This document shows, one piece after another, positions 1 through 7,714 of a stretch of 35,112 bases of DNA. A program made the position numbers and the translations under genes. Within the stretch, counting starts at the first letter, position 1. Every line of letters begins with the position of its first letter. The notes below the pieces were generated by a model that saw nothing but the letters and a program-made list of their open reading frames with translations, was not told the origin of the DNA and searched no databases. Source of the DNA: an uncultured Methanosarcinales archaeon (GTDB lineage: Archaea > Nanobdellota > Nanobdellia > Woesearchaeales > CAZZGN01); contig CAZZGN010000002.1 in the NCBI GenBank assembly GCA_964654165.1, forward strand, positions 1-35,112. Direction: 5' to 3'.

Positions 1-159
1 AAACTAGTTTGCAAAACTTTTGTGGAAATTTATAAAGATAAATCTTGTTAATGAAAAAATAGAGAATCTTATTTTTAAGGCAATTAATCAGGAAACAAAT
101 ATGTTTAATTTTTTACCCAAACATAATTGGAAGCCAAGTGCTGATATTAATGAGATAAA

Positions 160-453
160 ATGAATAGACCTGAGACTTGTTATTGGGATCCTGAAGAGAA
201 TAAGTTACAAGGTAATACTGGTTCAAAAGTTAGGCAATTCCTCCGTGAAGGTTTGATTAAGCCAGGGGTGGTTGGGGAGTTTTTTGTTCATCCTGCAAAG
301 GGAAGGCATTTGGTTCATAAGGTTAACTTGAATGAGGGGACGTGTACTTGTCAGTATTATAAGATTAAGCATGAGAATTGTAGTCATATTTTGGCTTGTA
401 AGTTGTTTATGTATCAGGTTGTTAGAGGGGAAAGGAGGATTGATAAAAAGTGA
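160..453 (+). CDS. SWIM-type zinc-finger protein
   Basis: 97-aa ORF. CTCQYYKIKHENCSH matches the C-x-C-x10-C-x-H SWIM signature. The stop overlaps the next start (GTGA). Confidence 0.6.
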   Translation: MNRPETCYWDPEENKLQGNTGSKVRQFLREGLIKPGVVGEFFVHPAKGRHLVHKVNLNEGTCTCQYYKIKHENCSHILACKLFMYQVVRGERRIDKK

Positions 454-704
454 GCTTTAAAGAGGATATAGATCATCTTGAGAAATATGCATTAGATAAT
501 TTTAAAGATGATGATTTTGAAAATGTTAATGCTGTTGTTTGGAATTTAAGAAAAAATGGTTTGGATAAGCAGAAAGTCAAAGAGACATTTGATTCTTGGA
601 TTAATCATCTGGAGAAACATATAGGTACTGGGGAGATAGAAGGCTGTGAAGGAAATCTTTGTTATCTTAATTTAATAAAAAAAGAGCTTGGTTTTGAGGA
701 TTGA
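450..704 (+). CDS. hypothetical acidic protein
   Basis: 84-aa ORF with a GTG start overlapping the upstream stop and AGGAGGA about 11 nt upstream. No recognisable motif. Confidence 0.45.
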   Translation: MSFKEDIDHLEKYALDNFKDDDFENVNAVVWNLRKNGLDKQKVKETFDSWINHLEKHIGTGEIEGCEGNLCYLNLIKKELGFED

Positions 705-709
705 TATTT

Positions 710-1024
710 ATGAAAAAACAACTATCTGAAAAAGTTATAAGAAAGATTGAATCTTATGCAAAGGAATATGTTAGAGGATTAATTACTAAGTATAAAATAT
801 CAAAAGAAGTTGGTGTAAGTGTTTATTCTGTTGATAAATATATGGGTAGGTATCTTAGGATAAGCAAGATTAAGTTTAGGCCTGTAAAAACTAATGGTAT
901 TTTTAGAGAAGAAGTTTTGTCTAAGGATACTTTTCAGTGTAGGCTTTGTAGGAAGATAAGGCATAATGATATGAAGAGCAAAAAAAGGAAAGGCTATTGC
1001 AGATTATGTATGGCAGGAGAATAA
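710..1024 (+). CDS. small HTH-like protein with C-terminal zinc ribbon
   Basis: The ORF track starts at TTG 701; I prefer in-frame ATG 710 (GAGGA 9 nt upstream). It has an HTH-like KISKEVGVSVYSVDKYM segment and a CRLC...CRLC cysteine pair. Confidence 0.5.
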   Translation: MKKQLSEKVIRKIESYAKEYVRGLITKYKISKEVGVSVYSVDKYMGRYLRISKIKFRPVKTNGIFREEVLSKDTFQCRLCRKIRHNDMKSKKRKGYCRLCMAGE

Positions 1025-1051
1025 AAAAAAAGATATTGGAGATGAATAATA

Positions 1052-2623
1052 ATGGAAACAATAAAAATTGAAGAACTAAAAGTTTTAGACAACATCAGAA
1101 AAGATATGGGGGATATGAAAGAGCTTGAAGAAAGCATAAAAGAGCATGGTATCCTAACCCCATTAATAGCAACAGAAGATAAAACTCTTGTGGCAGGGCA
1201 TAGAAGACTTCAGGCTGCAAAAAATGCGGGAATTAAAGAAGTGCCAGTTGTTTTTTTTAAGAAGAAAAATAATAAGCAGTGGAGATCTGAAGTACAAATT
1301 TTGGAGAATGTGCATAGAAAAGATTTGGATGCTGTTGAGGAAGGAAAAGCTTTCCAGGATTATATTAAACAAAATGATTCTGATGTGAAAAATCTTTCTT
1401 ATAAGATTAAGAAAACAACTCAATATATTCAGAGAAGAATAGAAATTAATAAGGCTGCACCGGAAGTAAAAACAGCATTAAAGAATAGTGAGATTGAGAT
1501 AGGGCATGCTATTCTTTTAGGTCAGATGAAAAAGGATCAACAAAAGATAAGTATTGAATCAATAAAAGAGTTTGACTTGACTGTTCAAAACTTTTCTGAT
1601 CAGATAAGATGGATGAAAAAGATTGATTTTGGAAATCTGAAGTTCAGGCCTTCTAAAGAAATTAATGGACAGACTACAATATTTGATAGTATAGGCCAGG
1701 AATTAGATCCATTATCGGAAGTTGATTCTTATGGTGATCTGGACTTAAAATCAAATAATATTTTTAAGAAAGAAATATCTGATTATGTTGAAAGTCAAAG
1801 GAAGATGTTAAGAGATAAAGGAATAAATGTTTTTGCGAGCGAAGGAGATCTTATTAATAAACATCCAGAAGCTGAAGAAGTTAATAATTGGGATGGAGGA
1901 TATACTAAGATTGTGAAAGGACTTCCTAAAAGTAAGAATTTTGCAATTGTTGTAGACTTTGGAAATTATGATATAGAAAAACAAATTTATAGATTAAAGA
2001 AAAAGGATGCAGCTAAAGACTTAAGTGCTAAAGATTTAAAGAAAGCAGCTAAATCAGGAAAGGTTTCAAAAAAGGAAATGGAAGAAGCAGAAGAAACTCT
2101 TGAGTTGTCCAGGAAGCAGAAACTTCAGAGTAGGGTTGAATTTTATAAAAGGAAATTGTTTAAGTCTCAGCTTGAAGAGTTTGCTCCTGAAGATGGAAAG
2201 CTTGCAAAGGTCCTGGCTGTTTCTGCTTTGATGCATAATGTTGAAAACATATTTTATGCTGATGGGTATAATGAATTAAGTGATTTCATAGAATATTCAA
2301 AAAAGGGAGAGATAGGATTCTTAAACACTCTAAAAGAAGATGTCCTGGATTCATGGATAAAAAAGTTAGGGACAAGCAGGTATAATTCATTAGATAATGC
2401 AGAACTATTCACTGCTTTAAAACTATCAGGTTTTGAATTAAAAAAGCATTGGACAATTGATGAAGATTATCTCGAACTTCATACCAAGGCACAGCTTGAA
2501 GAATTAATAAAAGAGTTTAAACTGGTATGTATAACAGAAGGAAAGAAAGGAGATATTATTGCAGAGATTCTCAAATGTAAACTTAACGGAAAAGTTCCAA
2601 AGATAATGTTGAAAAATGAATGA
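1052..2623 (+). CDS. ParB/Srx N-terminal-domain protein with long uncharacterised C-terminal region
   Basis: 523 aa. The N-terminus LEESIKEHGILTPLIA...VAGHRRLQAAKNAGIKEVPVVF matches the ParB-type GxRR box. An ATTGGAGATGA ribosome-binding motif lies 10 nt upstream. Confidence 0.7.
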   Translation: METIKIEELKVLDNIRKDMGDMKELEESIKEHGILTPLIATEDKTLVAGHRRLQAAKNAGIKEVPVVFFKKKNNKQWRSEVQILENVHRKDLDAVEEGKAFQDYIKQNDSDVKNLSYKIKKTTQYIQRRIEINKAAPEVKTALKNSEIEIGHAILLGQMKKDQQKISIESIKEFDLTVQNFSDQIRWMKKIDFGNLKFRPSKEINGQTTIFDSIGQELDPLSEVDSYGDLDLKSNNIFKKEISDYVESQRKMLRDKGINVFASEGDLINKHPEAEEVNNWDGGYTKIVKGLPKSKNFAIVVDFGNYDIEKQIYRLKKKDAAKDLSAKDLKKAAKSGKVSKKEMEEAEETLELSRKQKLQSRVEFYKRKLFKSQLEEFAPEDGKLAKVLAVSALMHNVENIFYADGYNELSDFIEYSKKGEIGFLNTLKEDVLDSWIKKLGTSRYNSLDNAELFTALKLSGFELKKHWTIDEDYLELHTKAQLEELIKEFKLVCITEGKKGDIIAEILKCKLNGKVPKIMLKNE

Positions 2624-2704
2624 AGTATTTATTTATCAGCAAGCAATGGAGAAATGGGGGCCTAAATTACAGGCCACTGTTTTCATTGAGAAAAATGGTG
2701 GAAT

Positions 2705-3118
2705 ATGATGGTAAGTAAGAATTTTGTGAAGATGAGGGCTGAACAGACAAGGAGAAGATATAAGATTCCTGGATGCAGTGACCACCATCATAGGCCAATT
2801 AATGCAATTTATGTGAGTAGATCTAATACTGTAAAGCATGAGTTATCTAAGTGTTTAGGGGCTTATATGCTTAATCGTTGGGGAGATATTGTTTTTACTG
2901 ATGAAGTATTGGCTGCGCTTAGTTTATTGGATAGCGCAAGTATGAGGGCTATGGAATCTTTTGATGCTACTGTTAGATCTGATTTCATTACTGAAGCAGT
3001 CCCTAAGGATCAGAACTGGAGAAGGATTGATTTGGTTAAGCTTGATACGGATCAGCATATAGAATTTGAAACAAATCCTAAGATTAAGAAAGAAGGATCT
3101 GTAACATATTATATATGA
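2705..3118 (+). CDS. hypothetical protein (weak PD-(D/E)xK-like nuclease resemblance)
   Basis: 137 aa. It has a His/Cys cluster (CSDHHHRP...HELSKC) and a C-terminal RIDLVKL...IEFETNPK resembling a D...ExK core. The function call is weak. Confidence 0.4.
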   Translation: MMVSKNFVKMRAEQTRRRYKIPGCSDHHHRPINAIYVSRSNTVKHELSKCLGAYMLNRWGDIVFTDEVLAALSLLDSASMRAMESFDATVRSDFITEAVPKDQNWRRIDLVKLDTDQHIEFETNPKIKKEGSVTYYI

Positions 3119-3128
3119 GGTAAATAAA

Positions 3129-3356
3129 TTGAATGAAATAAAGAATAAAATTAAAAAATTACAAAAGATTATATCAGAACTTGAAGTGATGATATTAGAT
3201 ATGGCTGGATTTAATGTAATCAAGGAACCATTTTTTTCAGTTGTTGGAACATGGAATTGTGATAAATCTCCTTGTGGTTTATGTTGTTACCATCATTATG
3301 TTGATCCAGTTCATGATGAGTGTGTTTTTTGTGGAAATCCAGAAGAGAGAAAATAA
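3129..3356 (+). CDS. small Cys-rich zinc-binding protein
   Basis: 75 aa, TTG start with GAGGT 9 nt upstream. Cys/His cluster CDKSPCGLCCYHH...HDECVFCG. Confidence 0.45.
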   Translation: MNEIKNKIKKLQKIISELEVMILDMAGFNVIKEPFFSVVGTWNCDKSPCGLCCYHHYVDPVHDECVFCGNPEERK

Positions 3357-3369
3357 TATTGTAAGAAAA

Positions 3370-3388
3370 TCGCAAATGTTATATAGGA
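3370..3388 (+). promoter_or_regulatory. variant copy of the recurrent promoter-like motif (TCGCAAATGTTATATAGGA)
   Basis: It shares TCGCAAATGTTATA with the 25455 copy. It lies upstream of the 3425 ORF and 31 nt upstream of an alternative ATG at 3408. Confidence 0.45.
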
Positions 3389-3424
3389 GAAACATCATTA
3401 ATAGAAAATGGGTGTATTTGAACA

Positions 3425-3667
3425 ATGTCAATTGATGAAGATGTCTCAACTTTCTGTTGTGGCGATGGATTTGTATGTGAAGAAGATCTTAAATGGGACT
3501 CCAGGAAAGAATATATTGAAAAATTTCAGCACACCTATAATCCAGCACATTTATACTGCCGCTTAAAAGAATGCGGTCTTGATGATGAGAATGTTAAAGC
3601 ACTTTGTAAGGTTTATGATTATGAAGTTTACCAGGTGATTATTGCTAATTTTAGAGAAAGGGTATGA
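3425..3667 (+). CDS. Cys-rich hypothetical protein
   Basis: 80-aa ORF with protein-like composition (FCCGDGFVCEED...CRLKECG...). No SD. The start is ambiguous with the overlapping 3408 ORF. Confidence 0.45.
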   Translation: MSIDEDVSTFCCGDGFVCEEDLKWDSRKEYIEKFQHTYNPAHLYCRLKECGLDDENVKALCKVYDYEVYQVIIANFRERV

Positions 3668-3751
3668 TCAAGTTTGTTTGGATATTTGTTGAGTTTGCCC
3701 TCAATTTATTCTAAATAAGGTTTGGTCATACCCCTCTTTGCTTATTTTTTT
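3660..3751 (+). terminator. long-stem structure plus T7 tract (transcription terminator candidate)
   Basis: An 11-bp stem pairs GGGTATGATCA (3660-3670) with TGGTCATACCC (3723-3733, one G-U). It encloses an inner hairpin TTGAG (3689-3693)/CTCAA (3700-3704). T7 follows at 3745-3751. Confidence 0.5.
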
Positions 3752-3758
3752 AGAAACA

Positions 3759-3766
3759 TTTATATA
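3759..3766 (+). promoter_or_regulatory. TATA-box-like element TTTATATA for the RHH gene
   Basis: The TTTATATA centre lies about 30 nt upstream of ATG 3793 and no SD is present. This spacing suggests a leaderless or near-leaderless mRNA. Confidence 0.5.
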
Positions 3767-3767
3767 G

Positions 3768-3794
3768 TTGTTATATTGGTTATATTTGTTATAT
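3768..3794 (+). repeat. three tandem 9-bp repeats (TNGTTATAT), candidate operator
   Basis: GTTATAT occurs at 3770-3776, 3779-3785 and 3788-3794, with an exact 9-bp period. The repeats lie between the TATA element and the RHH gene, and the last overlaps its ATG. Confidence 0.55.
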
Positions 3795-3987
3795 GGGCAG
3801 ACAAAACGAATATACAACTGTAAGAATCAAAACAAAAGATAGGGATAGGATTGCTTCTAAAGGAAAAAAGTCAGAAAGTTTTGATGAAATAATAGAGCGA
3901 ATACTTGATTATAATGATAAATGCATCAAACAAAAAACAAGGGAAGAAAGTATTTCAAAAGATGGCGATGGTGTTGGATCAACTTAA
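3793..3987 (+). CDS. ribbon-helix-helix (CopG/Arc-like) transcriptional regulator
   Basis: 64 aa. An N-terminal beta-strand (TTVRIK) is followed by two helices (KDRDRIASKG..., SFDEIIERILDY), the typical RHH layout. Confidence 0.6.
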   Translation: MGRQNEYTTVRIKTKDRDRIASKGKKSESFDEIIERILDYNDKCIKQKTREESISKDGDGVGST

Positions 3988-4097
3988 GTGCGAAATGTAA
4001 AAATCCTTTTGTAGCAAAAAGCAAAAGGTCATTGAGGGTTTGTCCGGCGTGTGATAAGTTATTAAAGTCTATCGGTTTAACGATATGGAGGTACAAA

Positions 4098-4658
4098 ATG
4101 GAAGGAAAAAAAGAAGAAAACAAACTTTATGAAGAGAAATTTGAGTGGCTTAATTCAAAAGAGTGTAAGGTTACTCATGAAGTGAAGGAGCCAATAAAAA
4201 ATAAGCATGGAAAGACTGTTGGTTTTAATACTAATGAAACGTCTTTTGTTGGCAGTTATGAAGAGATGGAAGAAGCTTTGCATAATCGTGAGTTTAGTAG
4301 GGATAAAGTTCTTAAGCAGCACCAACTTGAGGAAGCCAGATTGGAGAAGTTAGGTAAGAAGCCAATGAAAACACCTGAGATGGTAAGGCTTGAAAAGAAT
4401 TTGGTGGCTCTTGGAACTATTAAGAATCTTTCTCAGGCTGAAGATAAATTGAAGCATTGGAAAGTACAGTTGGATCAGGAGAATTCTTTTTTGGAAGCAA
4501 GGAAGAAAACTTTAGCTGCATGTCCTGCAGATGGAGAAGAACCTAAAGAAGAAGAACATCCAAAAAATCCGGATGGATCTAAAGGTGGAAATAGGCCAAC
4601 AACCGATGAGGAAAAGGCAGAGGCAGAAGCTAACAATGAACTTAATACAGGCAATTAA
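4098..4658 (+). CDS. hypothetical coiled-coil protein
   Basis: The ORF track begins at 3921 and overlaps the RHH gene. I prefer ATG 4098 with GGAGG 6 nt upstream. The protein is charged and coiled-coil-like with an acidic C-terminus. Confidence 0.5.
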   Translation: MEGKKEENKLYEEKFEWLNSKECKVTHEVKEPIKNKHGKTVGFNTNETSFVGSYEEMEEALHNREFSRDKVLKQHQLEEARLEKLGKKPMKTPEMVRLEKNLVALGTIKNLSQAEDKLKHWKVQLDQENSFLEARKKTLAACPADGEEPKEEEHPKNPDGSKGGNRPTTDEEKAEAEANNELNTGN

Positions 4659-4689
4659 GTCTTTTTTTGTTAAAGTCCAGGATATTATA

Positions 4690-5088
4690 ATGCAAGATAT
4701 GCTTTCTTATCCTGGTTTTTTAATTAAAGAACGTCTTGATGATATTGCGATAAAAGGAAGTTATGTTGAGATCTTGGATCAGAGTTATCTTATTCCAGAT
4801 CTGGATACACTTAAAGCAATTGTTAAGACAATGCCTATCAGGTTACAGAAGTACACTAAAGAAACTCATGATTGTGATGATTTTGCCAGGGAGTTCTGGG
4901 CTTTAGCAACAAAAATGTTTCCAGGAGTAAGTATTGGTTATGGTCATTTTGTGACTCCTGCAGGTAAGCATGCGGCGAATATTGCGTTTTATCATTTTGA
5001 TGGGATGTTACGTTTCACGCATATTGAACCGCAAAGTGGAAAGATTACTGAGTTCAGTGATTGGAAAGCTTACATGATGATTATATAA
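4690..5088 (+). CDS. hypothetical protein, possible papain/transglutaminase-fold cysteine peptidase
   Basis: I prefer ATG 4690 over the track start 4531, which overlaps the upstream gene. The candidate Cys-His-acid arrangement is HDCDDFAREFW ... GKHAANIAFY ... HIEPQSG. The fold call is weak. Confidence 0.4.
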   Translation: MQDMLSYPGFLIKERLDDIAIKGSYVEILDQSYLIPDLDTLKAIVKTMPIRLQKYTKETHDCDDFAREFWALATKMFPGVSIGYGHFVTPAGKHAANIAFYHFDGMLRFTHIEPQSGKITEFSDWKAYMMII

Positions 5089-5091
5089 AAA

Positions 5092-5238
5092 ATGGTAGAT
5101 ATAAAATCAATAAATAGGTGGGCTAAGTGGCTTATTGACAGGATTGAGTGTGTGACTTCAATACAACAGATGGAGATCACACCAACAAAAACACACTTAA
5201 TATTTGTGATAGAAGATGGAAAAAGAAAAAAAGATTGA
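5092..5238 (+). CDS. small hypothetical protein (48 aa)
   Basis: Hand-translated MVDIKSINRWAKWLIDRIECVTSIQQMEITPTKTHLIFVIEDGKRKKD. It fills an otherwise empty gap and overlaps the next gene by 23 nt. Confidence 0.3.
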   Translation: MVDIKSINRWAKWLIDRIECVTSIQQMEITPTKTHLIFVIEDGKRKKD

Positions 5239-5821
5239 AATAAAAGAAGTAAGTTTGGATAAGTTACAAGAGGATTCAACAAATCCAAATCGTATGACAA
5301 CAGAAAAGTTTGAATCATTAAAAAAAGGAATACAAAAATATGGGTTCTTAGTTCCAGTTATTACAAATAAAGATTACTTGATTGCAGATGGTCATCATAG
5401 GTTTAGGGCAGCAAGAGATCTTGGATATGAAAAGATTCCAGTTGTTGCTTTGGATGTTTCAAATGTTGATAGAATAATGCTTAGGCAAGTAATGAACAAG
5501 CTTCGAGGAGAGCATAATTTAATGAAAGATATTGATGATTTCGAAAAAATAATGAGTGACAAAGGAGACTTGAAAGAGTTTGCAGATCTTATGGGACAAC
5601 AACAAGATTTCTTTAGGGATGTGATCAAACTTAAAGATGAAGAAATGGAGCATTACATTGTTGTAAGGGATTATAATAAAGAGATCAATAGTCCGCAACA
5701 AGTTAAGCAGCTTAAACTTAAACTTACAGAAGATCAGAAAATTACAATAAAACAGAAGTTTCAAACACAAGAAAACCTTTTAGGGATAACAGATTACTTT
5801 ATAGTTTTGGAGGAAGAATGA
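5216..5821 (+). CDS. ParB-like nuclease-domain protein
   Basis: 201 aa. NPNRMTTEKFESLKKGIQKYGFLVPVI...IADGHHRFRAARDLGYEKIPVV carries the DGHHR-type ParB/Srx motif. The stop overlaps the methyltransferase start (ATGA). Confidence 0.7.
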   Translation: MEKEKKIEIKEVSLDKLQEDSTNPNRMTTEKFESLKKGIQKYGFLVPVITNKDYLIADGHHRFRAARDLGYEKIPVVALDVSNVDRIMLRQVMNKLRGEHNLMKDIDDFEKIMSDKGDLKEFADLMGQQQDFFRDVIKLKDEEMEHYIVVRDYNKEINSPQQVKQLKLKLTEDQKITIKQKFQTQENLLGITDYFIVLEEE

Positions 5822-6729
5822 AATTTGTAGATCTTTTTAGTGGGGCAGGAGGATTAAGTCTTGGTTTTAAAAAAGAAGGATTTAAAAGCCAGGGATTTGT
5901 AGAATTTTGGCAGCCAGCAATTGAAACAATGCTTAACAATGATCCTGAAGAAAAACTTATTCTTAAAGATATCACCGAAGTAACTAAAAAACATTTCACC
6001 TCAAACACTGATGTGGTGGTCGGAGGGCCACCATGTCAAGGTTTTAGTATGGCTGGGAAAAGAGAAGTTGGGGATAACAGAAATAGTTTGTTTGAATATT
6101 ATTTTAAGGTTGTTGATTATACGCAACCAAAGTTTTGTCTTATGGAAAATGTGCGAGGGATCCTTTCAATGAAAGATGTTGATGGAAAACTAATCATAAA
6201 CAAAATAATTTCTGCATTTAAAGATAAGGGTTATAGGACAGATATTAAATTGTTGAATAGTTTTAATTATTGTGTTCCTCAGAAAAGGCAAAGAATTATT
6301 ATTATAGCAAACAAAGAAGGAATTAAGTTTGATTTTCCTGAACCAAGATCAAAAATGTTTCTAAAAGAAGTTTTAACACTTCCTTATGAAGAACTGCCAG
6401 AGATACAGCATATTTATACTAAGAAAAAAATGCTTATGAAGAAAGGATTTTATATGAAACCAGGACAGAAGATTAGTAGTTTTGGAAGTGCAGGAATTAA
6501 GTTAAGATGGAGTCATGCACCAACGATTACTAAGACTGGGAGGTATATTCATCCAGGGTTTAATAGGTTGATAAGTGTTCGTGAAGCTGCAAGGATCCAG
6601 ACGTTTCCGGATGATTATATGTTTTCTGGAAATATTGATCAGAAGTATGGTCAGATTGGGAATGCTGTTCCTGTTAATATGGCGAGAGCACTTGCAGGAC
6701 AAATAAAAAAGAATATTGGAGATGATTAA
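5818..6729 (+). CDS. DNA (cytosine-5)-methyltransferase
   Basis: All the hallmark motifs appear in order: DLFSGAGGLSLGF (I), GGPPCQGFS (IV), ENVRG (VI), QKRQR (VIII), REAARIQTFPD (IX) and GNAVPV (X). Confidence 0.92.
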   Translation: MKFVDLFSGAGGLSLGFKKEGFKSQGFVEFWQPAIETMLNNDPEEKLILKDITEVTKKHFTSNTDVVVGGPPCQGFSMAGKREVGDNRNSLFEYYFKVVDYTQPKFCLMENVRGILSMKDVDGKLIINKIISAFKDKGYRTDIKLLNSFNYCVPQKRQRIIIIANKEGIKFDFPEPRSKMFLKEVLTLPYEELPEIQHIYTKKKMLMKKGFYMKPGQKISSFGSAGIKLRWSHAPTITKTGRYIHPGFNRLISVREAARIQTFPDDYMFSGNIDQKYGQIGNAVPVNMARALAGQIKKNIGDD

Positions 6730-6731
6730 AA

Positions 6732-6902
6732 ATGATTGATCATAGTGAAAAAATAGATGTTGCAGAAGCGATGGAGAAGTATGGGGGGAGTTTTGTTAAG
6801 AAGCTTTCTTCTCTTGTATATTGTGCTGATCCAGTAAATCTTGCAAAGATTAAGAATGCTTGGCCTGAGTATTGGGATCAGTATTTACAATTGAGTAAAT
6901 AA
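6732..6902 (+). CDS. small conserved phage-type protein (56 aa)
   Basis: Hand-translated MIDHSEKIDVAEAMEKYGGSFVKKLSSLVYCADPVNLAKIKNAWPEYWDQYLQLSK. A GGAGATGAT RBS lies 10 nt upstream. The GGxFV...AD..N...WPEYW pattern recurs in small phage proteins. Confidence 0.5.
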   Translation: MIDHSEKIDVAEAMEKYGGSFVKKLSSLVYCADPVNLAKIKNAWPEYWDQYLQLSK

Positions 6903-6921
6903 AACATTGGAGATGGTGTAA

Positions 6922-7323
6922 ATGAAGATAATTGAAAAAATTAAGAGATTTTTTACAAGGCAGACTATTGCAGATGTAGAAATTAAGATTAAGAAAAGAC
7001 CGGATGATTGTGGGGATTGTGATGAAAAAGATACTTGCAAGCTTTACAGTGGTGAAGTTGATTATGATATTTATCCTGTTGGGATGTCTGTTCCTATTTC
7101 TAAAACTGGAAGAGTTCCTAAGGGATGGGTTGTCATGCATGGTCAGAGATATAGGAATTTAAGAAGCAGCTATAATAATAATATCTTACCAAATGATCCA
7201 AACAGGATGATGCGAGTATGGGATAAAGAAGAGGAGGATACTTTCAAATTGACTAAGAAGGGTAAGAAAGCAGCGAATCAATCCAAAAAAAGGAAAAATA
7301 ATAAAGAAAGTGGTAGAAAATGA
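6922..7323 (+). CDS. hypothetical protein with basic C-terminal tail
   Basis: 133 aa with an ATTGGAGATGG RBS 9 nt upstream. It contains a CGDCDEKDTC cluster and a Lys-rich tail. Confidence 0.5.
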   Translation: MKIIEKIKRFFTRQTIADVEIKIKKRPDDCGDCDEKDTCKLYSGEVDYDIYPVGMSVPISKTGRVPKGWVVMHGQRYRNLRSSYNNNILPNDPNRMMRVWDKEEEDTFKLTKKGKKAANQSKKRKNNKESGRK

Positions 7324-7571
7324 ATAAGGATATAAAAAAGTTAAAAAGGAACGGTTGGAATCTTGAGAGGGAGACTACCAGGAGTTTTTATGTTTATAGG
7401 AATAAGAGTTTTAGGAATAATTTTAGTTGGGCGAGTTTTGTTTTGCTTAGTTTGTTTTTCAACATTTTTGGCTTGGTTGGTTACATTATTTGTTATTTTC
7501 GTAAACCTCATGTTGAAAACAGAATTGTTCCTAAGAGTTTTCCTGAAGAGGACTGGGACCTAAACGTATGA
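7320..7571 (+). CDS. small membrane protein
   Basis: 83 aa with ATGA coupling to the upstream gene. The hydrophobic segment WASFVLLSLFFNIFGLVGYIICYF is a candidate transmembrane span. Confidence 0.5.
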   Translation: MNKDIKKLKRNGWNLERETTRSFYVYRNKSFRNNFSWASFVLLSLFFNIFGLVGYIICYFRKPHVENRIVPKSFPEEDWDLNV

Positions 7572-7714
7572 AAATGATAGAATGCGAGAATTGTGGGGCA
7601 AGATTTGAGGATTTCAGTAATGATTTTGAATGTACTGATTCAGGAGAAGAGATTTGTCCTTCGTGCCAAAAATGTACATTAATACATAATTTTCCAGAGG
7701 GAGTTTCACCATGA
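7568..7714 (+). CDS. mini zinc-ribbon protein (48 aa)
   Basis: Hand-translated MKMIECENCGARFEDFSNDFECTDSGEEICPSCQKCTLIHNFPEGVSP. It has CxxC ... CxxC pairs and is coupled to both neighbours by overlaps. Confidence 0.5.
   Translation: MKMIECENCGARFEDFSNDFECTDSGEEICPSCQKCTLIHNFPEGVSP

Noticed and set aside
1-159. A possible short ORF or leader at the left edge (frame open from 8 to 163, ATG at 101) and a TATA-like TTTATAAAG near 29-37.
   Set aside because: The ATG-initiated peptide is only 20 aa and there is no RBS or motif. The window edge prevents judging whether this is a promoter region or the tail of another gene.
3408-3566. Alternative 52-codon ORF (MGVFEQCQLMKMSQ...) starting at ATGGG exactly where a leaderless start is predicted from the 3370 motif.
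   Set aside because: It overlaps the longer, more protein-like 3425..3667 ORF in another frame, and I cannot decide between them from sequence alone. I kept the 80-aa ORF as the feature and flagged the ambiguity.
3921-4097. Long N-terminal extensions offered by the ORF track at 3921, 4531, 17787, 21988, 28264, 32373 and 34522.
   Set aside because: The extensions overlap upstream genes. In each case a downstream in-frame ATG has a properly spaced GGAG-type site, and the upstream ATG is often the decoy inside the GGAGATG motif.
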